Notes: a model not told the origin generated them from the letters alone. A stretch of DNA of 26,063 nt from Propionibacteriaceae bacterium (GCA_031256725.1 JAIRQE010000027.1:1-26063), one strand, 5' to 3'. Counted from the stretch's first letter, positions 17,123-24,676 are shown. A program made the numbers and translations.

Positions 17123-17461
17123 ATGCACGAACTTTCCCTATGCCGCTCTATCGGTTCAATCGTGGAGAAGGTGGCTGAAGGACGCCGCGTGGCAGTCGTC
17201 GAAATCGAGGTTGGCCACTTGCGCCAAGTCGTACCCGAGACCCTTGTACATTGCTGGACCCTCATCACCCAGGGTACAGACCTCGCAAACTCACGCCTGG
17301 AGATCCAAGAAAAACCTTGCATTGTGGCTTGTCAGGACTGTGACAAGGAAACGACCTTAACCGAATCACCTATACTTGAGTGTGGATTTTGCACAAGCAA
17401 GAATGTGACCCTCATCGCTGGAGAAGAGTTCATGGTCACCTCGTTAGTACTGGAGGATTGA
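17123..17461 (+). CDS. hypA: Hydrogenase nickel insertion protein HypA
   Basis: Canonical MHELSLC N-terminus (Ni site) and zinc-site CxxC pairs (CQDC...CGFC). 112 aa. Confidence 0.9.
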   Translation: MHELSLCRSIGSIVEKVAEGRRVAVVEIEVGHLRQVVPETLVHCWTLITQGTDLANSRLEIQEKPCIVACQDCDKETTLTESPILECGFCTSKNVTLIAGEEFMVTSLVLED

Positions 17462-17462
17462 T

Positions 17463-18326
17463 ATGGGAAGATTTCACCGCCACGATGATGGAACAACCCA
17501 CAGCCACGATCATGACCACGCTGGCCACGACCACCATCATGGCCATCCCCATGATCACGACCATGAGCATGGTCACCCCCACGAGCATCCTCACGACCAT
17601 GAACATACACCCGATCCTGAGCGGGCCGAACTCATTGGCGACCACAGTGGCTACTCCACAGGTGGCGAACGTATTCAGGTTCTAGAGCGCATCTTTGATG
17701 AGAATGATCGAGCAGCCGAAACCAACCGTAGCCTCCTTGATACCGCTGACGTCACAGCCATCAACCTCATGAGTTCTCCTGGGGCTGGAAAGACCACCCT
17801 CCTAGTTGCCACATTGTCCGCCCTTCAAGACAGGGTACGCTGCGGAGTCATCGAAGGGGACATCGAAACCTCCATAGATGCAGATCGACTTGAGGGGTTT
17901 GGAGCTCAAATCTCTCTGCTCAATACAGGCGATGGCTTCGGTGGGGAATGCCATCTGGATGCACCCATGGTTGCCACAGCACTCACACGGCTGAATCTTG
18001 AGGATCTTGACCTTCTTTTTATCGAAAACGTTGGCAACCTGGTGTGTCCAGCCGAGTTCGATGTGGGAGCCCATCGCCGAGCCATGGTTGCCTCCGTCAC
18101 CGAAGGTGAAGATAAGCCGCTGAAGTACCCAGTGATGTTCAGAAGTGTGGATGCAGTCGTCATCAATAAGATCGACCTTCTCCCCTACCTTGACTTTGAC
18201 ATCGACCAATTCCAGGCCAACATCACAGCCATCAACCCCACGGCCACAATCTTTCTCACCAGTACAAAAACCGGCGAGGGACTCCACGAATGGATTGACT
18301 GGGTTCAATCAGGGACAGTCAATTAG
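17463..18326 (+). CDS. hypB: Hydrogenase nickel-incorporation GTPase HypB with His-rich N-terminus
   Basis: His/Asp-rich stretch (HSHDHDHAGHDHHHGHPHDHDHEHGHPHEHPHDHEH, about nt 17472-17606). P-loop SSPGAGKTTLL, CH motif GECHLD and ENVGNLVCP. The start is 1 nt after the hypA stop, with GGAGGA upstream. Confidence 0.95.
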   Translation: MGRFHRHDDGTTHSHDHDHAGHDHHHGHPHDHDHEHGHPHEHPHDHEHTPDPERAELIGDHSGYSTGGERIQVLERIFDENDRAAETNRSLLDTADVTAINLMSSPGAGKTTLLVATLSALQDRVRCGVIEGDIETSIDADRLEGFGAQISLLNTGDGFGGECHLDAPMVATALTRLNLEDLDLLFIENVGNLVCPAEFDVGAHRRAMVASVTEGEDKPLKYPVMFRSVDAVVINKIDLLPYLDFDIDQFQANITAINPTATIFLTSTKTGEGLHEWIDWVQSGTVN

Positions 18327-19180
18327 GACTCTGTCTTTTTTCGACTGAACCGGGAAGGAATCGGCTCAATCCCCGCATCTCGGGCGGCTCGACGCTTGTC
18401 GTTGATCCGGCAGAGTATCTCGGCAATCTCGTACATCGCAACCATGGGGATCATGAGGGCCATCATGGTCAACGCATCAGCTGTGGGAGTCGCGATGGCT
18501 GAGAAGAGAGCACACAAGACGACTGCTGGTCCACGGAACTTCCCTAGAGCTTGACCAGAGATAATCCTCAACCTATTCAAGCTCACAAGTAACACAGGCA
18601 ACTGGAAGGCCAAACCAAAGACCAGGAGCAACCGCAGCTCGAAGTTCATGAAGGTACCCATGTCGTTGAGGTTCGTCACAGATGGTGGATTGAAGTTGAG
18701 GAGCATCGCAAAACCACGCGGGCAGATGCTGTACCCCATCGCTACCCCAGCCAAGAACAGAGGTATGGCTGCATAGAGGAATTGTCTGGCAGTACGTCGC
18801 GCAGCCTCGCCGAGTGCTGGCACGATGAACCTCCACAGGTGAAAGAGCCAGATAGGGCAGGCAGCAATGAATCCGGCAACAAAGACGACTCGGAAATACA
18901 GGGAAAAACCAGCCGTGACCCCCTCAGTCACCATTTCGACACGGTCGCTAGGGCGACTCTCATTGAAGATAATCACGGCCTGATCAATAGGCCAACGTAC
19001 GATGCCCAGCAGTTCCCTTTGAAAGAAGATCGCAATGAGTGCCACTGCCAGAATCCCGATCATCGACATCAGGAATCGATAACGTAACTCCCGCAGATGG
19101 TCGAATAGCGACATCGTGCCATCTGTAGACTGGGGTTTTGGTGCCCGCAACCACGCGAAGCGCGAACCCTTTTTGGGCAC
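18323..19180 (-). CDS. tatC: Twin-arginine translocase subunit TatC
   Basis: MSLFDHLRELRYR motif after an actinobacterial-type N-terminal extension, with 6 predicted TMs. GTG start at 19178-19180. Confidence 0.9.
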   Translation of the reverse strand: MPKKGSRFAWLRAPKPQSTDGTMSLFDHLRELRYRFLMSMIGILAVALIAIFFQRELLGIVRWPIDQAVIIFNESRPSDRVEMVTEGVTAGFSLYFRVVFVAGFIAACPIWLFHLWRFIVPALGEAARRTARQFLYAAIPLFLAGVAMGYSICPRGFAMLLNFNPPSVTNLNDMGTFMNFELRLLLVFGLAFQLPVLLVSLNRLRIISGQALGKFRGPAVVLCALFSAIATPTADALTMMALMIPMVAMYEIAEILCRINDKRRAARDAGIEPIPSRFSRKKTES

Positions 19181-19199
19181 AATCCCTACCTTGCCCTAC

Positions 19200-19463
19200 C
19201 TATTTGGTATCGGTAACCTGTTCGGGTACAGTCTCGGCCTCAGCCTCGTGTGGAGAAACCTCTGATGCCACAGTCCCAGTAATCTGAGCAGTCTCATCAC
19301 CCTTCAATTCCTCTTTGAATTCCCTGATGGCACGGCCAGATGCCTTGCCCACTCCAGCGATCTTCGCACCACCAAAGATGATGACCACGATTACAAGAAT
19401 AATCAGCAGCTCTTGCCAACCCAGCATTGCAAATGCCAGTAAGGTGTGCCATCCAAGGCTCAT
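19200..19463 (-). CDS. tatA: Twin-arginine translocase subunit TatA
   Basis: N-terminal TM followed by the hinge FGGAKI and the amphipathic helix GRAIREFKEELK. GGAGGA lies 5 nt upstream of the ATG at 19463. Confidence 0.85.
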   Translation of the reverse strand: MSLGWHTLLAFAMLGWQELLIILVIVVIIFGGAKIAGVGKASGRAIREFKEELKGDETAQITGTVASEVSPHEAEAETVPEQVTDTK

Positions 19464-19737
19464 GTCAATCCTCCATCACCGCAGGATGAGTCCGTCTCAT
19501 ATCGAAGTTGATCCTACCAGGACTCGCTTCCACGCATCTGCAATTTCACTAACTTCTCTGCCGCACATTCATGTATGCTCTATTTGAATATCTATTTCCA
19601 CGCGGACACCCTAACCTTCAAGTGAAGTCTTTCTAATACCTATCTTGCATGTATGCCGGACTTGCCACGATTCACTCAATCTGATTTGTGGGTCCTCTGA
19701 AGCATCGCTTACCTCTCTACGGGGATTCAATTATGAT

Positions 19738-20835
19738 TCAGCGATCCTTGCTAAAGCGAAAGAGATGTTTCTCGAATGTTGTGGAAACAACAACAACAAC
19801 TCCAAGGATACAAGCAGATAGACCCGCACCCAGAATACGTAAACCTGCGCGCCATATCATCCAATCAGGATAGGGGTTGTCAACAAATGATACCCACAAG
19901 AGACCAGCAGCGATAATCAGGCAGGCACCACTGGCCCATATAAGAGTCTCAATTAAATATTGCCACATAATGGCTACTCTACCTACACGAGCATGGAGCG
20001 CAGAAGCGATTTCAAGACGCCGTAATCGAACCGAAACGTAGCCTAACCCGAATCCAATCGCTGTTGACACCCATGGTGCATATGCTGTCAATCGATTACC
20101 ATATAAGACTTCAAGATCATCAGAAACACCAAGACTCGAATTCAACTGCTTTGTTTCGATCTGACTATGTTGTACTGATCCATTCAGCGCCATATAACTC
20201 AAACCATTCAGCGTCTGGTCCGATGGCCATATTTCGGTCCAGCATTGCTCAAAGAGCCCACTGCTCGGAACTGATGCAATCACTGAGTACCCGAGATCAC
20301 GGGACCGCCCATCATTTGGCCAGGTGTACACACCCGATACCATAACTGGCCCACTAGTAGTCTGGATCACACGACCCGGCGCAGCCCCTAGAACTTCGGC
20401 AAGATCAGCAGACAACCACACGCCCAGCACATCATTCGTGGACACCTTAACGGGCTGCGCGATAGTGGAAAGCATACCCAGTACGCCAGGAGTGACTTCA
20501 ATAACAGTTATCCAAGAAGTAGGCAGACTGGCGATCTGAAGAGAATCACCGCGTCGAATTGCCCCGGCATGCAATAGGGCATCCGTATGGGCCAATGCCT
20601 CACAGCGACGACCGTCAATCGACTCTTGAGCTTTCAGAACTTGGACACTTGCTCCAGCTGCACGGAATTGAGCAGCATCCCGAACTATGGACACCATCAT
20701 ACGGACATCAACCGAAGCAACCACGCCGATGCTGACGCAAAACACCAACACAAAGATCACCGCCCTAGTCGTTCCAGACAACAGATTTCGCAGCGATTCT
20801 GATCCCACAGAACTGGCTCTCATCCTTGTGGGCAC
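19738..20835 (-). CDS. FtsX-like ABC transporter permease, cassette 2
   Basis: TM1, then an extracytoplasmic domain of about 210 aa, then 3 C-terminal TMs with the FtsX-type loop RLRRLEIASALHARVGRVAIMWQYLIETLIW. The likely true start is ATG 20823, which overlaps the ATPase stop as ATGA. GTG 20835 is the alternative. Confidence 0.75.
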   Translation of the reverse strand: MPTRMRASSVGSESLRNLLSGTTRAVIFVLVFCVSIGVVASVDVRMMVSIVRDAAQFRAAGASVQVLKAQESIDGRRCEALAHTDALLHAGAIRRGDSLQIASLPTSWITVIEVTPGVLGMLSTIAQPVKVSTNDVLGVWLSADLAEVLGAAPGRVIQTTSGPVMVSGVYTWPNDGRSRDLGYSVIASVPSSGLFEQCWTEIWPSDQTLNGLSYMALNGSVQHSQIETKQLNSSLGVSDDLEVLYGNRLTAYAPWVSTAIGFGLGYVSVRLRRLEIASALHARVGRVAIMWQYLIETLIWASGACLIIAAGLLWVSFVDNPYPDWMIWRAGLRILGAGLSACILGVVVVVSTTFEKHLFRFSKDR

Positions 20836-21770
20836 GATACGCCTTCATCATTGGATCGCGGGACCTGGCGTGCCCGCTCTATACGAATACGAACTCGCTC
20901 GGATGGCCCCCCAGAGGACAAGACGCCTAATGGTTTTTTAATACCAACAAAAGACTCTTCGTCAGAATTTTGCTCCCCACTCCCGATCTTCTCATCACTA
21001 GAGGAAAATCTAGTTTCAATGCCTGTGTCGTCACAGAACACTACAGTAGGACGATAAGTGGATCGTTGGTTCTTCGCACTGGAAACCACGCCCTGATAAT
21101 CCGCCAAATCAATAACCCGGGTGCATGCATCTTTCGTCCTCAAATCATGGGTCGCCACAACCACTATCGTGTCGTCCTGCGCAATTCCCATCAAAACATC
21201 GTTTACTGTCGAAGCAGTTGCTAAGTCTAGCTGAGCAGTTGGTTCGTCCACGAGCAACAAGTCACACTTGGCCACCAACGCCCGGGCCAACATCAGCCGT
21301 TGCGCCTCTCCTCCTGATAGGTCTCGAAAGACTCTTTCCGCCACCTCCGCCAGCCCAAAATGGATCATGACCTTCATTGCCTCATGCTCTGCATCCTGTC
21401 TAGCCAAACCCTGCGCCAGTAATGGTAGGACTACGTGATCTAGCGCAGTGCGGCGCGGCACACCATGTGGGTTTTGGAAGACCCATCCCGTGTGACTAAT
21501 TCTGTGCCAAGTTACCTCTCCCACGAGAGGCTTTACCCATCCAGCAAGGATCGATAGTAGCGTTGACTTTCCAGATCCTGATGGTCCCACTACTGCCACT
21601 ACCTCACCTGGTGATAAGGTAATATCCAGTCCACTAAACAATTCTTTTGTGCCAGGAAATCTGTGTGCTAAACCTCGCGCTACCACTCCTATCTCACGAC
21701 TAGACCCAAATCGGCCTACTGACACGACCTCACTCCGTTGAGTAGATCCGGCTTGCGCAGTCCTTAGCAT
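20820..21770 (-). CDS. ABC transporter ATP-binding protein, cassette 2
   Basis: Walker A GPSGSGKST, Q-loop VFQNPHG, signature LSGGEAQR, Walker B LLLVDEPTAQLD and H-loop ATHD. It has an N-terminal extension of about 28 aa and a C-terminal tail of about 90 aa. Confidence 0.9.
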   Translation of the reverse strand: MLRTAQAGSTQRSEVVSVGRFGSSREIGVVARGLAHRFPGTKELFSGLDITLSPGEVVAVVGPSGSGKSTLLSILAGWVKPLVGEVTWHRISHTGWVFQNPHGVPRRTALDHVVLPLLAQGLARQDAEHEAMKVMIHFGLAEVAERVFRDLSGGEAQRLMLARALVAKCDLLLVDEPTAQLDLATASTVNDVLMGIAQDDTIVVVATHDLRTKDACTRVIDLADYQGVVSSAKNQRSTYRPTVVFCDDTGIETRFSSSDEKIGSGEQNSDEESFVGIKKPLGVLSSGGPSERVRIRIERARQVPRSNDEGVSCPQG

Positions 21771-22822
21771 TGAATCAAGGAGTCTGGTAGCAGAGTAACA
21801 GAGGATGGGCTTGCATCATTCGTTACTCTGACATAGGTGCGCCCCAATGACGAAGATACAATCTCTACAGGAACGGTGTCTCCCTCAACTACCAGACAAC
21901 CTTTCCCGAAGTCAGTTACCACAATCGAACTTGGTGGCACTACAAGCACCGATATCGGCTCTGCCAGTTGTACGGTCATTTGCATAGAGCCCTGACCAGT
22001 CGAAGTAATGTACTGGTATTCTTCATCTTTTTCAACTAGAGCCAAGAATTCTTTGCTTGTGACCCACCCATCGGCGCCCACTTCCGCCAAGGCATCCCCA
22101 TACGAAAGCATCCAGTTATGTCCAGGGACCTCAGCTAATACCAGCGCCTGCAAACCACCCGCTACCTGAAGTATATCATCACCATGATTCACGATGTCGC
22201 CGATTCTGACCAGGCATTCTCCAATCATAATCTCAGTTGCTGGTAGCCACATCACGGATGAAAGTGGCAGATCACCAGAGTCTGACTTGCCGCCCACAGA
22301 CGCGAAGAGCTTGGTCACTGCCACTCTAGTCTTCCAGTCAAAGCGACTTGTCACATCCACTTCATACCCTAGCCGATCCAGTTCTACCTGCAGCGCTGAG
22401 ACATCTGGACCTGCCATTCCTGTAGACAAGTCCCGCCATAGCGGCATACCAGCCGACAAGCCAATGACGGGTTGACCATTGACAAAAAAAGGAGCCTGTC
22501 CAGAAACCAAAGTGCCTCCCGACAAACAGGAACTTGCACTCACCACTCCTGTTGAGTTCGACCGCAAGCTCACTGACTCGTGAATCTGAGGGACTACGGA
22601 AACTTTGTGCGCTCCATCGTATATCTGACTTGACACTGCCACTACCGATTCTGCATCTGACGATGCAATAGATACTGGAGGACGATGTGGCAAAACAAGA
22701 GAGCCTATCAGTATGCCTAGGGCCACAAGCACAACCATCAATAGACCAATCATCCCTAGACTCAGCCCATGCAGTCCACGATTTAGCCAAGCAACTCCAT
22801 CACTTGGAGAAGAAATAGGCAC
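21764..22822 (-). CDS. Membrane-anchored peptidoglycan-binding adaptor-like protein, cassette 2
   Basis: N-terminal TM (LSLGMIGLLMVVLVALGILIGSLVL). GQPVIGLSAGMPLWRDLSTGMAGPDVSALQVELDRLGY is paralogous to the cassette-1 adaptor segment. The C-terminus is beta-rich. It lacks the long coiled coil. GTG start with GGAG 6 nt upstream. Confidence 0.75.
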   Translation of the reverse strand: MPISSPSDGVAWLNRGLHGLSLGMIGLLMVVLVALGILIGSLVLPHRPPVSIASSDAESVVAVSSQIYDGAHKVSVVPQIHESVSLRSNSTGVVSASSCLSGGTLVSGQAPFFVNGQPVIGLSAGMPLWRDLSTGMAGPDVSALQVELDRLGYEVDVTSRFDWKTRVAVTKLFASVGGKSDSGDLPLSSVMWLPATEIMIGECLVRIGDIVNHGDDILQVAGGLQALVLAEVPGHNWMLSYGDALAEVGADGWVTSKEFLALVEKDEEYQYITSTGQGSMQMTVQLAEPISVLVVPPSSIVVTDFGKGCLVVEGDTVPVEIVSSSLGRTYVRVTNDASPSSVTLLPDSLIQC

Positions 22823-22941
22823 TGTTTACTCCAATTCGCCTTCCATACCGTCATACAAAATCACCTCTGAAACGATTCCATGAGCCGCACGTTCAATGTG
22901 ACGACACTCAGAACAAAGGCCAACTGTTGAAACGATATTCA

Positions 22942-23562
22942 CTACCTATTATGCATTAGTTCCATTGCCTGTTCAGGAGTCAGCGTTCCGGTCTCCAACG
23001 AGTCCCAAAAGCATAGAGCTCCTTGATCTGTAGCAGGGATCCAGCTCGGGTCCTCAACCATTGCAGAAAACTCATCATCCGACAACCCTGATCCTTCATC
23101 AAGACCGTGTTTCTCGAAGCATGCCCGAATCAGCATTCCTCCAGACAAACGCTCAGGATTCCATTTCGCCTCGAAATAGATAAACCGAACTAAGTCAATA
23201 GATCCTTTGGAACACTCGACATCCAGTGATTGAGAAACCGGCTTATTGGGATCAGGGTTACCTGCCGAAGGAGCCATCTGATAGCCGCCGTCATCCAGGA
23301 ACTGGACGTCGTACCCGTTTTCTGCCATGCATTGCATAAAACGATCCTCGGCCTCACGCTCTTCCGCGTCTGTAACCACATAATCTGCCAGCACGGCCTT
23401 CTCGAACTCGGTGGGGTCGCTAGCAGTCAGTACTTCATCAATCCAAGCCTTCATAGCGGGGTAGACATCCGGTGTCTCTGGTTGCTGAGAGACCGTACAC
23501 CCACCGAGAACAAAGACAGCGAGTCCCAAAGTAATGGCAACCGCCGTGCGAGTATGCATCAT
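22942..23562 (-). CDS. Lipoprotein with C-x4-G motifs, paralogous in pattern to 6258-7142 (cassette 2)
   Basis: Signal peptide with lipobox VLGGC. The mature part has 4 Cys, in FMQCMAENGYDVQ, LDVECSKG, IRACFEKHGLDEG and GALCFWD. The terminal TGTLTPEQAMELM resembles PGTITPDQLRALL in the cassette-1 lipoprotein. Confidence 0.75.
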   Translation of the reverse strand: MMHTRTAVAITLGLAVFVLGGCTVSQQPETPDVYPAMKAWIDEVLTASDPTEFEKAVLADYVVTDAEEREAEDRFMQCMAENGYDVQFLDDGGYQMAPSAGNPDPNKPVSQSLDVECSKGSIDLVRFIYFEAKWNPERLSGGMLIRACFEKHGLDEGSGLSDDEFSAMVEDPSWIPATDQGALCFWDSLETGTLTPEQAMELMHNR

Positions 23563-23578
23563 CCTGGTATATTAGTTC

Positions 23579-23911
23579 TCATAATATCATATTTTGCTGA
23601 TACGGCGTGGTGCCACGAACAATACCTACTCTCCCAGTCTCAGCATTAACTGCTGAAGACTTCCCTTGAGTAACCCATGCACCTTTGAGGGTAAGAGGAG
23701 TACCAGCAAGATTGTAACTAATCCAAGGAGCCGTCTTAATACAAGTCGAGTTACTCACGGCTATTGAATACGTAGCGGTAGTATAACTACGAGTGCATCC
23801 TCCATCTGTCTCAGTGCCCGTTGCAGCTTCAACTTCTGAAGGAGTCCCTACTACTAAAGCGCCTACTGCCAATACCGCAGCAAGAACAGCACTAAGGCTT
23901 CTTCGATACAT
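23579..23911 (-). CDS. Small exported protein (about 110-aa precursor, about 81-aa mature, 2 Cys)
   Basis: ATG 23911 is preceded by GGGAGAAAGGAAAC; the ORF track begins at GTG 23947, which has no SD. The signal peptide is MYRRSLSAVLAAVLAVGALVVGTPSEVEA|ATG. The mature part is Thr/Ser/Tyr/Val-rich (beta-like), with Cys in DGGCTRSY and NSTCIKT. It is the first gene of the cassette-2 operon. Confidence 0.6.
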   Translation of the reverse strand: MYRRSLSAVLAAVLAVGALVVGTPSEVEAATGTETDGGCTRSYTTATYSIAVSNSTCIKTAPWISYNLAGTPLTLKGAWVTQGKSSAVNAETGRVGIVRGTTPYQQNMIL

Positions 23912-23964
23912 TGTTGTTTCCTTTCTCCCATGGACATCCCGAGCCACTTAACGTCGAAACCCAT

Positions 23965-23970
23965 ATTATA
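23965..23970 (-). promoter_or_regulatory. Candidate -10 hexamer TATAAT for the cassette-2 operon
   Basis: The plus-strand ATTATA at 23965-23970 reads TATAAT on the minus strand, inside an AT-rich tract about 55 nt upstream of ATG 23911. No convincing -35 element is present. Confidence 0.25.
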
Positions 23971-24099
23971 TTATTATCAACGTATCATGGTCTCTCGAAA
24001 TACTCAAATCCGATTGTCTCAACCTCACTGATAATTTGATGTGACCTACCTGAGGATGCGTCAAACACAACTCCCTCCCCAAGCCACTAGACTGGGACA

Positions 24100-24615
24100 A
24101 TGACCCCACTGCTGCTGGATATTGGGATGGCTGAACTTCTTGCCATCGCTGTACTGGCTGCGCTGTTTCTGGGACCAGAGAAGGTTCCTCCACTCGCTAA
24201 GAAGGCGGCACGAGTCTTTCGTTTTCTGCGCAATGTGGCAAATACGGCAACCGATCAAATCAAGACCGAGTTGGGCCCAGAGTTTGAGGATCTCCAGGAT
24301 CTTAATCCAAAGAACCTCGTGGGTAGTGTTCTGTCCAGTGATACTGATCCGATGACGAGCGAACTCGAAGCCCTCAAAAACGAAATGAACGGGATGCGTA
24401 CCGAAGTAACAAAGATGAGGCTTCAAACTGGGACACCCCTATTCCCGATGCCCACTCGCCCTAAGCCAGCAGTAACACCTCCGCAGCCTACTCCTCCACC
24501 CAGCCAGGAACCATCTGGAGAGTCGGAAGAAGCGGCTCCGACCATTACAGCCGCACCCACCACACCAACAAAGCAAAAGCAGTCAAAACCCTTCAACAAC
24601 TCGGCTACAACGTAA
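24100..24615 (+). CDS. tatB: Twin-arginine translocase subunit TatB
   Basis: LLDIGMAELLAIAVLAALFLGPEKVPPLAKKAARVFRFLR...ELGPEFEDL matches the actinobacterial TatB pattern (IGWGE.L...V....V.GPE.LP ... GPEFDDL). The tail is long and Pro/Thr-rich. Confidence 0.8.
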   Translation: MTPLLLDIGMAELLAIAVLAALFLGPEKVPPLAKKAARVFRFLRNVANTATDQIKTELGPEFEDLQDLNPKNLVGSVLSSDTDPMTSELEALKNEMNGMRTEVTKMRLQTGTPLFPMPTRPKPAVTPPQPTPPPSQEPSGESEEAAPTITAAPTTPTKQKQSKPFNNSATT

Positions 24616-24676
24616 CCCTCGCTCAAACAATCTGACTGAACCGGTGTGTGTTTGATGCCGCTGATTTGTTGTGTGT

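Noticed and set aside
17047-17322. N-terminal 92 codons of the 900-aa ORF-track version of hypF
   Set aside because: This stretch is antisense to the well-supported hypA gene. It has no HypF-like sequence, since the acylphosphatase domain begins only after MDKVAAL. It would also leave no promoter space. I treat it as a spurious ORF extension.
17472-17606. CAY/GAY-rich low-complexity DNA that looks repeat-like
   Set aside because: It is fully explained as the His/Asp-rich nickel-binding N-terminus of HypB. It is not a CRISPR array or a mobile repeat.
19570-19656. 9-bp direct repeat CATGTATGC at 19570-19578 and 19648-19656; also TGAAACGAT at 22868-22876 and 22928-22936
   Set aside because: These are short enough to occur by chance in AT-richer intergenic DNA. 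They have no symmetry or positional logic that I can defend.
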